DNA from: Candidatus Eiseniibacteriota bacterium
GTDB lineage: Bacteria; Eisenbacteria; RBG-16-71-46; CAVPCR01
Length of the DNA: 64,000 nucleotides
NCBI GenBank assembly: GCA_963823555.1
Contig: CAWGMA010000001.1
Location: 736,001-800,000, forward strand
Reading direction: 5' to 3'
The notes beneath the pieces are model-generated. The model saw only the letters and a list, made by a program, of their open reading frames with translations, did no database searches and was not told the DNA's origin. A program made the position numbers and the translations under genes. The first letter of the stretch is position 1; every line of letters starts with the position of its first letter. Positions 1 to 9,738 of this stretch are shown one piece after another.

Positions 1-228
1 CAGAACAGCTACTCGGAGTGGGGGCCGCCCCCGGATCCCGTGCCGGTCGCCATCATCATCGGACTTGAGGAGTCGACCGTGCGGCAGCTCTACCGGGAGG
101 TCCGGATGGCGCGGATCCATGATTGCGACGGTTGCATGCCCTGGCGCGACGAGGTGCCGATCTGGCTCGCCCGCGGTCCCAGGGTGACTTTCAAGGAGGC
201 CTGGCCGCATCTGATCCACTATGAATGA
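1..228 (+). CDS. 3' end of a probable ArnT/GT39-like membrane glycosyltransferase (partial)
   Basis: Frame is open from base 1 (QNSYSEWGPP...PIWLARGPRVTFKEAWP), resembling the C-terminus of GT39/PMT_2-family proteins; start lies outside the window. Confidence 0.5.
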   Translation, partial: QNSYSEWGPPPDPVPVAIIIGLEESTVRQLYREVRMARIHDCDGCMPWRDEVPIWLARGPRVTFKEAWPHLIHYE

Positions 229-275
229 GAGCCGCGAATGAAAGTCCGAAATGGCCCGGAACAAAGGAGGCGATC

Positions 276-746
276 ATGACCGCGGAGCCGGCGTTCGATG
301 TCAAAGCTGCTCATCGCTACTTTGCCGCCGACTGCTTCAACAAGGCCTGGGACCTGATCGACAAGCAGAACCGGACGCCCGAGGAAGACCGGTTGATGAT
401 CAGTCTGAACCAGGCTTCGATCTACCACTGGACCGAACGCGAGGACTGCGGCGACCAGCAGATGTCGGTCGGTTACTGGCAGGCATCCCGCATTCATGCG
501 CTCCTCAGTCTCGCCGCCGAGGCCGGGCGCTATGCAGAGGTCTGCCTCCATTACAGCCGCGAGCTGCCGCCCTTCTACCATGCCTATGCCTATGAGGCGC
601 TGGCGCGGGCGGCGATGCTGGCGGGCGATCGCCATGAGGCGCAGGAGTATGCGGCCAAGGCGATGGCGCTCACGGATCAGATCGAGGACAAGGCGGAACG
701 CGAGCTCCTGCTCAGCGATCTCGCGCAGATCACGGGCATGACATAG
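276..746 (+). CDS. Conserved helical/TPR-like hypothetical protein
   Basis: AAGGAGG RBS before ATG 276; HRYFAADCFNKAWDL...ASIYHW...GYWQASR pattern. Confidence 0.7.
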   Translation: MTAEPAFDVKAAHRYFAADCFNKAWDLIDKQNRTPEEDRLMISLNQASIYHWTEREDCGDQQMSVGYWQASRIHALLSLAAEAGRYAEVCLHYSRELPPFYHAYAYEALARAAMLAGDRHEAQEYAAKAMALTDQIEDKAERELLLSDLAQITGMT

Positions 747-857
747 CCGCGGGTCCACCCCGGGAGCGCCATCGCCGGCCGAACTGTGGCATATTGGAAT
801 GTCGGTCTTCGTGCGATCGTGATGTCCAAGGAAGATGGAGCGCGCTGATCAGCCACT

Positions 858-1955
858 ATGTTCCAACGACCGATCATCATGGCTCTCGCGGCGGCGGTGC
901 TGTTCGGAGCGGCGACCCCGGCAAGCAAGATGCTCCTTGGTTCGCTTGCGCCCTTCCAGCTCGCCGGACTCCTCTACCTGGGAGCCGCCCTCGGCGTCGC
1001 GCCGGCGGCCTGGCGACGCGGAGCGGGAATCCGTCTCCCCGGCCGGGAGGACCGGCGCAACCGATGGCGCTTGCTCGGTGCGATCGTTGCCGGTGGGATC
1101 CTTGGTCCCATCTTCCTGCTCCTCGGTCTGCGCCTGGCGGCGGCGTCCTCGGTCTCACTCTGGCTCAACCTCGAAGTCGCGGCCACGGCTCTCCTGGGGG
1201 TTTTGTTCTTCCGCGACCATCTGGGCCTGCCCGGGTGGGCGGGTGTGGCCTGCGCCCTCGGGGCATCGGCCCTGCTCTCGGCATTCGGCGGCGCCGCGGG
1301 ATGGACGGCGGGGGGGCTCATTCTCGCCGCATGCGTGTGCTGGGGGCTCGACAACCATCTCACGGCCCTCATCGACGGCATCACGCCGGCCGAGAGCACG
1401 TTCTGGAAGGGGCTGATCGCGGGGACGACCAACCTGACGATCGGCCTGGCCCTGGATCCGATCACCGAGCTGTATCCGGTGCTCGCCGCGCTCGCCATCG
1501 GTGTCTGGTCCTACGGTTTCAGCATCGTCCTCTACATCGCCGGGGCGCAGGCGATCGGCGCCACGCGTGCGCAGGTCGTCTTCGCGAGCGCTCCATTCTT
1601 CGGAGTTGCGCTCTCCATCCTCGTGCTGGGAGATTCGCTGGGACCCGCCCACGTCGCTTCGGGACTGCTGTTCGTCACGGCCATCGGCTTGTTGGCCCTG
1701 GAACAGCATGGACATGTTCACGAACATGGGGCCATCGAGCATGAGCATGCCCATCGCCACGATGATGGGCACCACGATCACGACCATGATGAGAATGATG
1801 CGGTGGGCCACGACCGTGACTCATCGAACTCGGTCCGGCACACGCACCGCCACCGTCATCGGGCTCTCGTCCATGCCCATCCACACTGGCCGGATCTCCA
1901 CCATCGCCACCCGCATCCCCCGGGGGATCGAGAGGGAGCGCAGCCGAGACCATGA
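858..1955 (+). CDS. DMT/EamA family transporter with His-rich C-terminal tail
   Basis: About 10 hydrophobic helices; LFGAATPASK, LLYLGA and WGLDN motifs; tail HGHVHEH...HWPDLHHRHPH. Confidence 0.85.
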   Translation: MFQRPIIMALAAAVLFGAATPASKMLLGSLAPFQLAGLLYLGAALGVAPAAWRRGAGIRLPGREDRRNRWRLLGAIVAGGILGPIFLLLGLRLAAASSVSLWLNLEVAATALLGVLFFRDHLGLPGWAGVACALGASALLSAFGGAAGWTAGGLILAACVCWGLDNHLTALIDGITPAESTFWKGLIAGTTNLTIGLALDPITELYPVLAALAIGVWSYGFSIVLYIAGAQAIGATRAQVVFASAPFFGVALSILVLGDSLGPAHVASGLLFVTAIGLLALEQHGHVHEHGAIEHEHAHRHDDGHHDHDHDENDAVGHDRDSSNSVRHTHRHRHRALVHAHPHWPDLHHRHPHPPGDREGAQPRP

Positions 1956-2398
1956 AGCTGCGCATCCGTGACGCCGTAACCGCCGATGCGGCCGCGCTCG
2001 CCGAGCTCATCACCCAGCTCGGCTACCCGACCACCGCAGTCGAGATGGCGGAGCGGCTTGCGGGACTGGCCGCGGATCCGGCGTATCGCACTCTCGTCGC
2101 GCTGAGGGGTGAACGAGTGGTGGGGGTCGTCGGCGTGGGTCTCGGGCGCTACTACGAGCGGAACGGTCGCTATGCTCGCCTCCTGGTGCTCGCGGTCGAG
2201 GAGAGGGAGCGCGGCGGCGGTGTCGGCAGGCAGCTGACCCGGGCGGCCGAGAGCTGGGCCGGGGTTCAAGGCGCCCGTGCCATGATCGTCAACGCCGGCC
2301 GGCAGCGCACCGCGGCGCACCGGTTCTACGAGAGCCAGGGCTACGTCGCCAATGGATTCCGCTTCGTCAAGGAGCTGCCCCGCCCCGGCATCGTGTGA
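1952..2398 (+). CDS. GNAT N-acetyltransferase
   Basis: RGGGVGRQL acetyl-CoA motif, AHRFYESQGY; ATGA overlap with upstream gene. Confidence 0.9.
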   Translation: MKLRIRDAVTADAAALAELITQLGYPTTAVEMAERLAGLAADPAYRTLVALRGERVVGVVGVGLGRYYERNGRYARLLVLAVEERERGGGVGRQLTRAAESWAGVQGARAMIVNAGRQRTAAHRFYESQGYVANGFRFVKELPRPGIV

Positions 2399-2410
2399 AG
2401 GAGGGATATC

Positions 2411-2932
2411 ATGTCTTTCCAGATCGATGAGTCGATCGCTGTTCTCTCCGCAACGCCCGGGGTCCTGCGCTCGCTCCTGGCGGGGTTGCCGGCCGGGTGG
2501 CTCGCCACCAACGAAGGCCCGGACACCTGGAGCCCTCGCGACATTCTCGGTCACCTCATCCATGGTGAGGACACGGACTGGATCCCTCGCGCCGAGATGA
2601 TCCTCGACGGCAGGAGCGATCCCTTCCCGCCCTTCGATCGCTTTGCCCAGTTCCAGCGGTTCGCCGGGAAGGATCTCCCCGAACTCCTCGATCTCTTTGC
2701 CCGGAGCCGCCAGGAGAACCTGGCGCTGCTCCGGAGCTGGCAGCTCACGCCGGCCGAGCTGGGGCTCCAGGGTGTGCATCCCGATCTTGGAGCGGTTACC
2801 CTCGCGGAGCTCCTGGCCACGTGGGTCGTCCACGATCTGAACCACATCGGCCAGATGGCGCGTGTTCTCGCCCGGCGCTATGCTCGCGATACCGGACCCT
2901 GGCAGGCCTATCTGCCGATTCTCACGCGCTGA
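2411..2932 (+). CDS. DinB/YfiT-family putative metalloenzyme
   Basis: WSPRDILGHLIHGE...WVVHDLNHIGQ His triad; AAGGAGG RBS. Confidence 0.9.
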   Translation: MSFQIDESIAVLSATPGVLRSLLAGLPAGWLATNEGPDTWSPRDILGHLIHGEDTDWIPRAEMILDGRSDPFPPFDRFAQFQRFAGKDLPELLDLFARSRQENLALLRSWQLTPAELGLQGVHPDLGAVTLAELLATWVVHDLNHIGQMARVLARRYARDTGPWQAYLPILTR

Positions 2933-2986
2933 TCCCGGGCGTGGTCGCCCGCGATCGTTCCCTCAAGGTCCTTGGGAGGTGATGCC

Positions 2987-3166
2987 ATGACCAGGCGGAC
3001 AGCCGTTGTCCTCGGCAACGCTATCGTGTGGGCGGTGGTCGTGATCGCCGCCGCCTCGGTTCTCAGCGGAACGCCGTATGCCAGCCAGGTGCGATTGATC
3101 CTGGGCGGCGGCGCCGCCGCGAGCATTCTGATCGTCGGCGCCGGCATGCGACGGGAAGCCGGCTAG
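2987..3166 (+). CDS. Small two-TM membrane protein
   Basis: GGAGG RBS; 59 aa with two hydrophobic segments. Confidence 0.6.
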   Translation: MTRRTAVVLGNAIVWAVVVIAAASVLSGTPYASQVRLILGGGAAASILIVGAGMRREAG

Positions 3167-3183
3167 AGGGAGGAAGATCGCCC

Positions 3184-3648
3184 ATGGCAGCACCCACCCT
3201 GCTTGTCGCCAGGACCGGGAGATGGCAAGGCACCAACCGGTTGTGGCTTTCTCCGGAGGATCCCGTGCGCGAATCCCCGTCCCGGGCCGTTGTCGCCCTT
3301 CTGGCGCGCGGTCAATTCGCCACCATCCGGTACACCTGGTTCGAGGACGACGAGCAGGAAGGCATGCTCGTGATCTCGCAGGAGCGGGGCTCGGATGTTA
3401 CGCAGGCGGTCTGGGTCGATTCATGGCACATGGGCAGCAGGTTCATGCCGTGCGAAGGGGTCATCGAGCCGAGCGGTGCGATCCGCGTCAAGGGCTTCTA
3501 CCCGGCGCCGACCGGGCCCGACTGGGGGTGGATCATCGCTTTCGAACCGCTGGCCGGCGGCGGCTTCCGGATGGTGATGTACAACGTGACTCCCGACGGC
3601 CAGGAGATGCTGGCCGTCGATACCGCCTATGCGCGCGACGAAAGGTGA
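3184..3648 (+). CDS. DUF1579-family beta-barrel protein
   Basis: GGAGG RBS; GRWQG...WVDSWHMG...GPDWGW motifs. Confidence 0.75.
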   Translation: MAAPTLLVARTGRWQGTNRLWLSPEDPVRESPSRAVVALLARGQFATIRYTWFEDDEQEGMLVISQERGSDVTQAVWVDSWHMGSRFMPCEGVIEPSGAIRVKGFYPAPTGPDWGWIIAFEPLAGGGFRMVMYNVTPDGQEMLAVDTAYARDER

Positions 3649-3654
3649 GGGCTC

Positions 3655-4149
3655 ATGATCGGCGATGTCCGGCTCCGGGGAGTCCGGGAGGACGATCTTC
3701 CGGTCTTTTTTGCCCACCATCGGGACCCGGACGCGAACCACATGGCGGCGTTCACGGCCAGGAATCCGGCGGACCACATGGCCTTCCTGGCGCACTGGCA
3801 GAAGATCCTCGGTGACGAGACCGCCATCATCCGAACGATCATCTGCGACGGACAGGTGGCCGGGCACGTCCTCAGCTTCGAGCAGCTCGGCAAGCGAGAG
3901 GTGAGCTACTGGATCGGTAGGGAGTTCTGGGGGCGAGGTATTGCCACAGCGGCGCTCGCCCGGTTCCTGGATCAGGTCCTCACCTTGCGTCCCGTCTATG
4001 CCCGGGTCGCCAAGGACAACGTCGCTTCCATCCGTGTGCTCGAGAAGTGCGGGTTCGTGATCGTGGGAGAGGACAAGGGGTTCGCGAATGCGCGCGGCGA
4101 GGAGATCGAGGAGTTCATCCTGGAGCTGGATGGCGGAGGCGAGGGGTAG
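3655..4149 (+). CDS. GNAT acetyltransferase, RimJ/RimL type
   Basis: EVSYWIGREFWGRGIAT and NVASIRVLEKCGF motifs. Confidence 0.9.
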   Translation: MIGDVRLRGVREDDLPVFFAHHRDPDANHMAAFTARNPADHMAFLAHWQKILGDETAIIRTIICDGQVAGHVLSFEQLGKREVSYWIGREFWGRGIATAALARFLDQVLTLRPVYARVAKDNVASIRVLEKCGFVIVGEDKGFANARGEEIEEFILELDGGGEG

Positions 4150-4188
4150 GGCGCCCTTCAAGCCCGAGGATCCGCCACGGGAAGCGGC

Positions 4189-4911
4189 ATGCAGTCGGAG
4201 TACTACGCACAGAAGCTCGCCGGCCGGAGGTTGCAGCGCTGCTATGAGCTGGCAGCACCTCGCGTGCAGCAGTACCTGGAGGCGGAGATCCAGCATGTCC
4301 TGAGCCGCCTTCGGCCAACCGATGTCGTGCTCGAGCTGGGCTGCGGATATGGTCGCGTCGCCGGGAGGCTTGGCGGCGGAGCCCGGTGCGTGGTGGCGAT
4401 CGACACCTCTCGGGAGAGCCTGCTCCTTGCTAGAGAGGCAGGACGCTCGAGCGACCCGATCCACTTCCTGTGCATGGATGCCCTGGCGCTGGGATTTCCG
4501 CCGAGCGCATTCGACGTCGTGGTCTGCGTGCAGAACGGGATCTGCGCCTTCGGGGTCGATCAGGAGGCTCTGCTCCGCGAGTCGCTGCGGGTCCTTCGCC
4601 CGGGTGGGCGGTTGCTCATGTCCACCTACTCGGATCGGTTCTGGCCCCACCGTCTCTCCTGGTTCGAGGCGCAGGCGGCGGAGGGGCTCCTCGGCCCCAT
4701 CGATCACGGGGCCAGCCGTGATGGCGCGATCGTGTGCCGTGATGGCTTCCGTGCCGGGCGGCTCACGCCCGGGGAACTCCGCCGGCTCGGCTCGAGCCTG
4801 GGGCTCGAGGCCCGGGTCGAGGAGATCGATGGTTCCAGCGTGTTCTGCGAGATCACGAAGCAGAAGCCCCGGCAGGACGCCGACGCTTCGCGCGTTGGAC
4901 CGCTGGCCTAG
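4189..4911 (+). CDS. Class I SAM-dependent methyltransferase
   Basis: VLELGCGYG motif I, FDVV and LRVLRPGG motifs. Confidence 0.9.
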   Translation: MQSEYYAQKLAGRRLQRCYELAAPRVQQYLEAEIQHVLSRLRPTDVVLELGCGYGRVAGRLGGGARCVVAIDTSRESLLLAREAGRSSDPIHFLCMDALALGFPPSAFDVVVCVQNGICAFGVDQEALLRESLRVLRPGGRLLMSTYSDRFWPHRLSWFEAQAAEGLLGPIDHGASRDGAIVCRDGFRAGRLTPGELRRLGSSLGLEARVEEIDGSSVFCEITKQKPRQDADASRVGPLA

Positions 4912-4919
4912 GAGCTCAG

Positions 4920-5113
4920 CGAGTCGCGCAGCGCCCTGCTTCATTGCCTCCGCCGCGCGCCGGTTCATCTCCTCGGGACTCAGGTCTTCCTTGTGCGTGG
5001 CGATCGTCCACTCGTGCCCTGCCGGGTCCACGATCGTTCCACTGCGATCCCCGTAGAACTGATCCTTCAGCGGACGCTTGACCTGGGCGCCCGCCGACAC
5101 CGCCTTCTGGAAC
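4920..5113 (-). pseudogene. C-terminal remnant of a VOC/PhnB glyoxalase-like gene
   Basis: FQKAVSAGAQVKRPLKDQFYGDRSGTIVDPAGHEWTIATHKED is preceded directly by an in-frame TAG; N-terminal half missing and no own stop codon. Confidence 0.8.
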
Positions 5114-5287
5114 TAGGCGTGCCCGGGTCCCGCTCGCCAACGGCCCGGCTCCCGCCGGCCACGCGGCCCGGGGCTTGCTTTCGGCCGGCCGACGGGACTA
5201 GCCTTGTGAAGCGCGCCCGCGCATCCTCTTGTCGCAGGCCGTTCTCACCGTGACTACCGCACGTCGTTGATGGTCGAGTATTCTCTG

Positions 5288-5911
5288 ATGGGCATGGAGA
5301 TCCGCGAGGAAGCGCTGACCGCTCTCGAGGAGCACTCACGGATCTCGATCGCGTTCAAGGTAGACCGGGTCTTCGATATCGCAATACGTGATCGAGGTCT
5401 GGGCGGCATCGAGCTCACCGAGCGGCGACTCGACACGTCCTATGTCAAGGACTACGACTCGGTCGAGGGAGATCATCCGCTCCACTGGGAGCAGAGGTTC
5501 GACCTCTCCAACTGGGGCCTGCTCTCGGCATGGTCCGGCGGCGTGCATGTCGGCGGCGCCGCGATCGCCTTCCGGACCAAGGGGTTGTGCATGCTGGATG
5601 ACCGCGAGGACCTCGCCGTATTGTGGGATCTCCGCGTATCCCCCGAGCACCGGGGGCAGGGCGTCGGCGCGGTGCTCTTCGCCGCCGCCGAGGACTGGGC
5701 CAGGGCGCGTGGCTGCCGGCAGCTCAAGGTCGAAACGCAGAACGTGAACGTCGGCGCGTGCCGGTTCTACGCCGGCCGGGGCTGCGTGCTCGGCGGCATT
5801 CACCGCTTCGCCTATCCCGGTTTGCCAGAAGAGATTCAGCTCCTGTGGTACAAGGATCTGACGTCCGGGACGCATCCCGCAGCTGAGAGTCGAGGTGACG
5901 ACGGCACATGA
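5288..5911 (+). CDS. GNAT acetyltransferase (streptothricin acetyltransferase-like)
   Basis: LWDLRVSPEHRGQGVG, VETQNVNVGACRFY and LLWYKDL motifs; start could be 5288 or 5294. Confidence 0.85.
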   Translation: MGMEIREEALTALEEHSRISIAFKVDRVFDIAIRDRGLGGIELTERRLDTSYVKDYDSVEGDHPLHWEQRFDLSNWGLLSAWSGGVHVGGAAIAFRTKGLCMLDDREDLAVLWDLRVSPEHRGQGVGAVLFAAAEDWARARGCRQLKVETQNVNVGACRFYAGRGCVLGGIHRFAYPGLPEEIQLLWYKDLTSGTHPAAESRGDDGT

Positions 5912-6783
5912 AGGTTCATCTGGTCGATGGAACCTACGAGCTCTTCCGGAGCTACTTCGGAGCGCCGCCCAAGCGGGCGCCCGACGGCCGCGAGGTCGGC
6001 GCTACCCTCGGCCTCGTGCGGAGTCTGTTCTCGCTCCTGTCCTCGCCGGGTGTGACCCATGTGGCCTGTGCTTTCGATCATGTCATTGAGTCCTTCCGCA
6101 ACGAGCTCTTTCCCGCGTACAAGACGGGCGATGGCATCGCGCCGGACCTTCTCGCCCAGTTCCCGCTGGCCGAGGAAGCCGTGGCCGCGCTCGGCATCGT
6201 CGTGTGGCCGATGGTGGAGTTCGAGGCCGACGACGCGCTGGCCACCGGAGTTGCCAGGGTCCAGGACGCCCCCGGCGTCGAGCAAGTCGTGGTCTGCTCG
6301 CCCGACAAGGATCTGACCCAGCTGGTCGATGGCACACGGGTCGTGTGCTGGGATCGCCGGCGTGACATCGTGCTCGACGAGGAAGGGGTGGTCGGGAAGT
6401 TCGGGGTGCGGCCCCGCTCCATCCCCGACTGGCTCGCGCTCGTGGGCGATGCTTCCGATGGCTTCCCCGGGGTGCCGGGATGGGGAGCCAAGTCATCAGC
6501 TGCCGTGCTGTCGCGCTTCGAGCATCTGGAGTCGATTCCGGAGGATCCTGCGGCGTGGGGCATGCCGATGAACCGGGCCACTCGTCTCGCAGAGAGCCTC
6601 GAGGCGCACCGAGAAGAGGCACTGCTCTATCGACGACTGGCGACGCTGCGCCGTGATGTTCCCCTCGCCGAGGAGCTCGCAGATCTCGAATGGCGCGGCG
6701 CGCGCCGCGGGCTCGAAGCCATGTGCCGTGACTGGTGGGAGCAAGATCTGCCACGTCGCATCACCCGCTGGCAAGATGACTGA
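5908..6783 (+). CDS. Stand-alone 5'-3' exonuclease / flap endonuclease
   Basis: LVDG, FRNELFPAYK, EADD, SPDKDL and ALVGDASDGFPGVPGWG (H3TH) motifs; no polymerase domain. Confidence 0.9.
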   Translation: MKVHLVDGTYELFRSYFGAPPKRAPDGREVGATLGLVRSLFSLLSSPGVTHVACAFDHVIESFRNELFPAYKTGDGIAPDLLAQFPLAEEAVAALGIVVWPMVEFEADDALATGVARVQDAPGVEQVVVCSPDKDLTQLVDGTRVVCWDRRRDIVLDEEGVVGKFGVRPRSIPDWLALVGDASDGFPGVPGWGAKSSAAVLSRFEHLESIPEDPAAWGMPMNRATRLAESLEAHREEALLYRRLATLRRDVPLAEELADLEWRGARRGLEAMCRDWWEQDLPRRITRWQDD

Positions 6784-6812
6784 TACCGTGCAGGGTGCTC
6801 TCGATAATGGAT

Positions 6813-6830
6813 CAGATTCCCACCAATCTG
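6813..6830. promoter_or_regulatory. Palindromic candidate operator upstream of pirin
   Basis: CAGATT-N6-AATCTG, flanked by direct repeats GTGCTCTCGA at 6795 and 6841. Confidence 0.3.
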
Positions 6831-6897
6831 GATGTCGTGCGTGCTCTCGAAGAGAACTCAATGCCGGCCGACCATCAGGCTCCCCGCAGGAGGTGCC

Positions 6898-7755
6898 ATG
6901 TCCATCCGACCAGTCAAGAAGATCACGTCCGCCAAGCCGACCATCGAGGGAGCCGGCGTCAAGCTGCATCGGGCCTTCGGATTCGGCGACACCAAGGACA
7001 CCGATCCCTTCCTTCTCCTCGATGACTTCCGGAACGACAACCCGGAGGACTATCTCGCCGGCTTCCCCTGGCACCCGCACCGGGGCATCGAGACCATCAC
7101 CTACATGCTCGCGGGACTGGTGAGCCATACCGACAGCCTCGGTAATCAGGGTTCCCTGGGGCCGGGAGACGTGCAGTGGATGACGGCCGGGAGCGGGATC
7201 CTCCATCAGGAGATGCCCGAGGGCGACGACCGCGGGCGGATGCAGGGCTTCCAGCTGTGGGCGAATCTCCCATCTTCTCTCAAGATGACCACGCCCCGCT
7301 ATCAGGACATTCGCGCTCGCGATATCCCGGAGGTGGTCGACGCCGACGGCACCCGGGTCCGGATCGTGTGCGGAACCTACGGTGGGAAGAAGGGCCCCGT
7401 GGATGGGGTTGCCGCCGCCCCTCGCTATTTCGATGTCGAGGTCCCCGCCGGCGTCGAGAAGGCGATTCCAGTCGAATCCTCGCGGAACGCGATCGCCTAC
7501 GTGTTCGCGGGGAGCGGTCGCTTCGGGGACGGGGCGCCGCCACCGCAGGCCGGCAACCGCTCGCTCGTGCTCTTCGGGACCGGCGACGAGGTGGTCGTGC
7601 TTGCCGGGGATCAGGGCGTTCGATTCCTGCTCGTGTCGGGGGAGCCGATTGCGGAGCCCGTGGCCTGGCACGGACCGATCGTGATGAACACCCAGGAGGA
7701 GCTGAAGCAGGCGATGACCGAGCTCCGCGACGGGACGTTCATCAAGCATGAGTGA
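6898..7755 (+). CDS. Pirin family protein
   Basis: DPFLLLD, HPHRGIET, QWMTAGSGILHQE and GPIVMNT motifs; AGGAGG RBS. Confidence 0.95.
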   Translation: MSIRPVKKITSAKPTIEGAGVKLHRAFGFGDTKDTDPFLLLDDFRNDNPEDYLAGFPWHPHRGIETITYMLAGLVSHTDSLGNQGSLGPGDVQWMTAGSGILHQEMPEGDDRGRMQGFQLWANLPSSLKMTTPRYQDIRARDIPEVVDADGTRVRIVCGTYGGKKGPVDGVAAAPRYFDVEVPAGVEKAIPVESSRNAIAYVFAGSGRFGDGAPPPQAGNRSLVLFGTGDEVVVLAGDQGVRFLLVSGEPIAEPVAWHGPIVMNTQEELKQAMTELRDGTFIKHE

Positions 7756-7770
7756 GATCCTCCCGCGCCC

Positions 7771-8076
7771 ATGTTGACGATTCGAGAGGCTCGCCGGGAA
7801 GACGCGCGGCGGATCGCCGAGATCTATGCGATCTATGTCGATCCCGCGGCATGGCGCCGGGGAGCGGGGCGCCTCCTCATGGATGAGGCGGGCGCGCGCT
7901 TCCGGAAAGAGGGATACAGCCGGGTGACGCTCTGGGTCCTCGCCGAGAATGCGGCGGGACGCCGGTTCTACGCAGCACTCGGGTTCACAGAGGACGTGAG
8001 CGCGAGGAAGATGATCGAGCACGGTGGTCGGGAGCTGATCGAGCTCCGCTATACTCGGGAACTGGTCGAGATGTGA
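7771..8076 (+). pseudogene. GNAT acetyltransferase with large in-frame internal deletion
   Basis: N-terminal IREARREDARRIAEI runs straight into (AEI)YAIYVDPAAWRRGAG; only 101 aa. Confidence 0.7.
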
Positions 8077-8148
8077 CGGGGTGGGCGCGCTTCGCGCTGA
8101 CGCCGGGTCGAGGGTGGACGTAGGGCAAACCAAGGGAGGGCGGCAGAA

Positions 8149-8847
8149 GTGCGTCGACATCATTTCGAGCGGCACTACTCCGAGCGAATCGGGTGGTTGC
8201 GAGCGGCCGTGCTGGGCGCCAACGATGGAATCCTGTCCACGGCGAGCCTGGTTCTGGGAGTCACCGCAGCCCATGCAGCGCGAGGCGAGGTCCTGATCGC
8301 CGGGGTTGCGGGTCTCGTCGCCGGGGCGATGTCGATGGCCGCCGGCGAGTACGTGTCCGTGAGCTCCCAGGCGGACACCGAGAAGGCGGATCTCGAGCGG
8401 GAGCGCCACGAGCTCGAGACCGACGTGGAGTACGAGCGCAAGGAGCTCGCCGGCATCTATGAGTCCCGCGGTCTCGAACCGTCGCTTGCGCAGCAGGTTG
8501 CCCATCAGCTCATGGCCCATGATGCGCTGGCGGCACATGCGCGCGATGAGCTTGGATTGTCCGATGTCCACAGCGCTCGCCCCCTGCAGGCGGCAGGGGC
8601 CTCCGCCGCCACGTTCGCCCTGGGGGCGGCCCTGCCGCTCCTGTTCGTTCTCCTCACCCCGTACGAGACGATCATCCCCGTCGTCGCCGGTGGCTCCCTG
8701 GCGTCCCTGGCCGTGATGGGCGGGGTCGCCGCACGCGCCGGCGGCGCCGGCGTCGCCGTGGGCGCCGGCCGAGTGACCTTGTGGGGTGTTGTGGCCATGG
8801 CGATAACTGCCGGGATCGGCGCGCTCTTCGGCACGGTGGCGGCCTGA
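8149..8847 (+). CDS. VIT1/CCC1 family Fe/Mn transporter
   Basis: WLRAAVLGANDG, AMSMAAGEYVSVSSQ and AHARDELG motifs. Confidence 0.95.
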   Translation: MRRHHFERHYSERIGWLRAAVLGANDGILSTASLVLGVTAAHAARGEVLIAGVAGLVAGAMSMAAGEYVSVSSQADTEKADLERERHELETDVEYERKELAGIYESRGLEPSLAQQVAHQLMAHDALAAHARDELGLSDVHSARPLQAAGASAATFALGAALPLLFVLLTPYETIIPVVAGGSLASLAVMGGVAARAGGAGVAVGAGRVTLWGVVAMAITAGIGALFGTVAA

Positions 8848-8869
8848 GCTCGGGCCGGGAGGAAGGCAC

Positions 8870-9715
8870 ATGACCCGCATCGGCCTGGCGCTCGGCGGCG
8901 GCGGTGTGCGCGGGCTCGCTCATGTCTGCGTCCTCGAGCGTCTCGACCGCCTGGGGATGAGGCCGTCGCTCATCGCCGGTTGCAGCATGGGTGCGATCAT
9001 CGGCGCGCTCTACGCGGCCGGGTGGGCCGGCAGGGCCATCCACGAGCTGATCGATACCCATACCATCCACCGCAAGGACACCTGGCGGGACATCCTGCAC
9101 AAGGGGCCGGCGATTCTCAAGTGGGCCTTCGCCCTGACTCCGACTCTGAGACACGGCGGGCTCTTGAATGTCGATCGGCTCCTGGATCAGCTCCTGGGAT
9201 CGGTGGCGAAAGCTGACTTTGCCGAGCTCGAGATTCCACTCGTCGTGGTGGCCACCGACTTCCGGTCCGCAGAGCAAGTTGTGCTCTCTACCGGTCCGAT
9301 CCAGCCGGCGGTGCGTGCCAGCCTAGCCGTGCCCGGGCTGTTCGCCCCGGTCAAGCACGATGGCCGGATCCTGGTCGACGGCGGACTGGTCAATCAGGTG
9401 CCCTTTGATCTCCTGATCGGCAAGACCGACTTCACGATCGCCGTTGATGTTGGAAGCGGCGGCATTCCCGGCGAAGAAAACGTACCGAGTGCCAGCAAGG
9501 CCCTGCTGCGGGCTGTCAGGATCATGCAATTCAAGCAGCTGGGGCACAAGCTCGAGAGAGGCAGACCTGACATTCTGCTCCAGCCCGAAATGGGGGACAT
9601 CGGCCTGTACGACATTCACCGGGTCGAGGAGATCCTCAGGAACGGAGAGGCCGCGTGCGCCGATCTCGATCGGCGCCTGGGGGCGCTGGGAACGGGTCCA
9701 CCAGCGGCCGGTTGA
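8870..9715 (+). CDS. Patatin-like phospholipase
   Basis: LGGGGVRG, GCSMG nucleophile elbow and DGG motifs. Confidence 0.9.
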   Translation: MTRIGLALGGGGVRGLAHVCVLERLDRLGMRPSLIAGCSMGAIIGALYAAGWAGRAIHELIDTHTIHRKDTWRDILHKGPAILKWAFALTPTLRHGGLLNVDRLLDQLLGSVAKADFAELEIPLVVVATDFRSAEQVVLSTGPIQPAVRASLAVPGLFAPVKHDGRILVDGGLVNQVPFDLLIGKTDFTIAVDVGSGGIPGEENVPSASKALLRAVRIMQFKQLGHKLERGRPDILLQPEMGDIGLYDIHRVEEILRNGEAACADLDRRLGALGTGPPAAG

Positions 9716-9738
9716 CCGCCGGGTGAGCGGGAGATCCG

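Noticed and set aside
8121..8140. c-di-GMP-I riboswitch (GGCAAACC) upstream of VIT1
   Set aside because: The rest of the aptamer (GAAA tetraloop stem, receptor helix) is absent
3421..8880. Long minus-strand ORFs (3421-5100, 6496-8880)
   Set aside because: Antisense shadows of well-supported + strand genes in high-GC DNA; only the short VOC fragment is real
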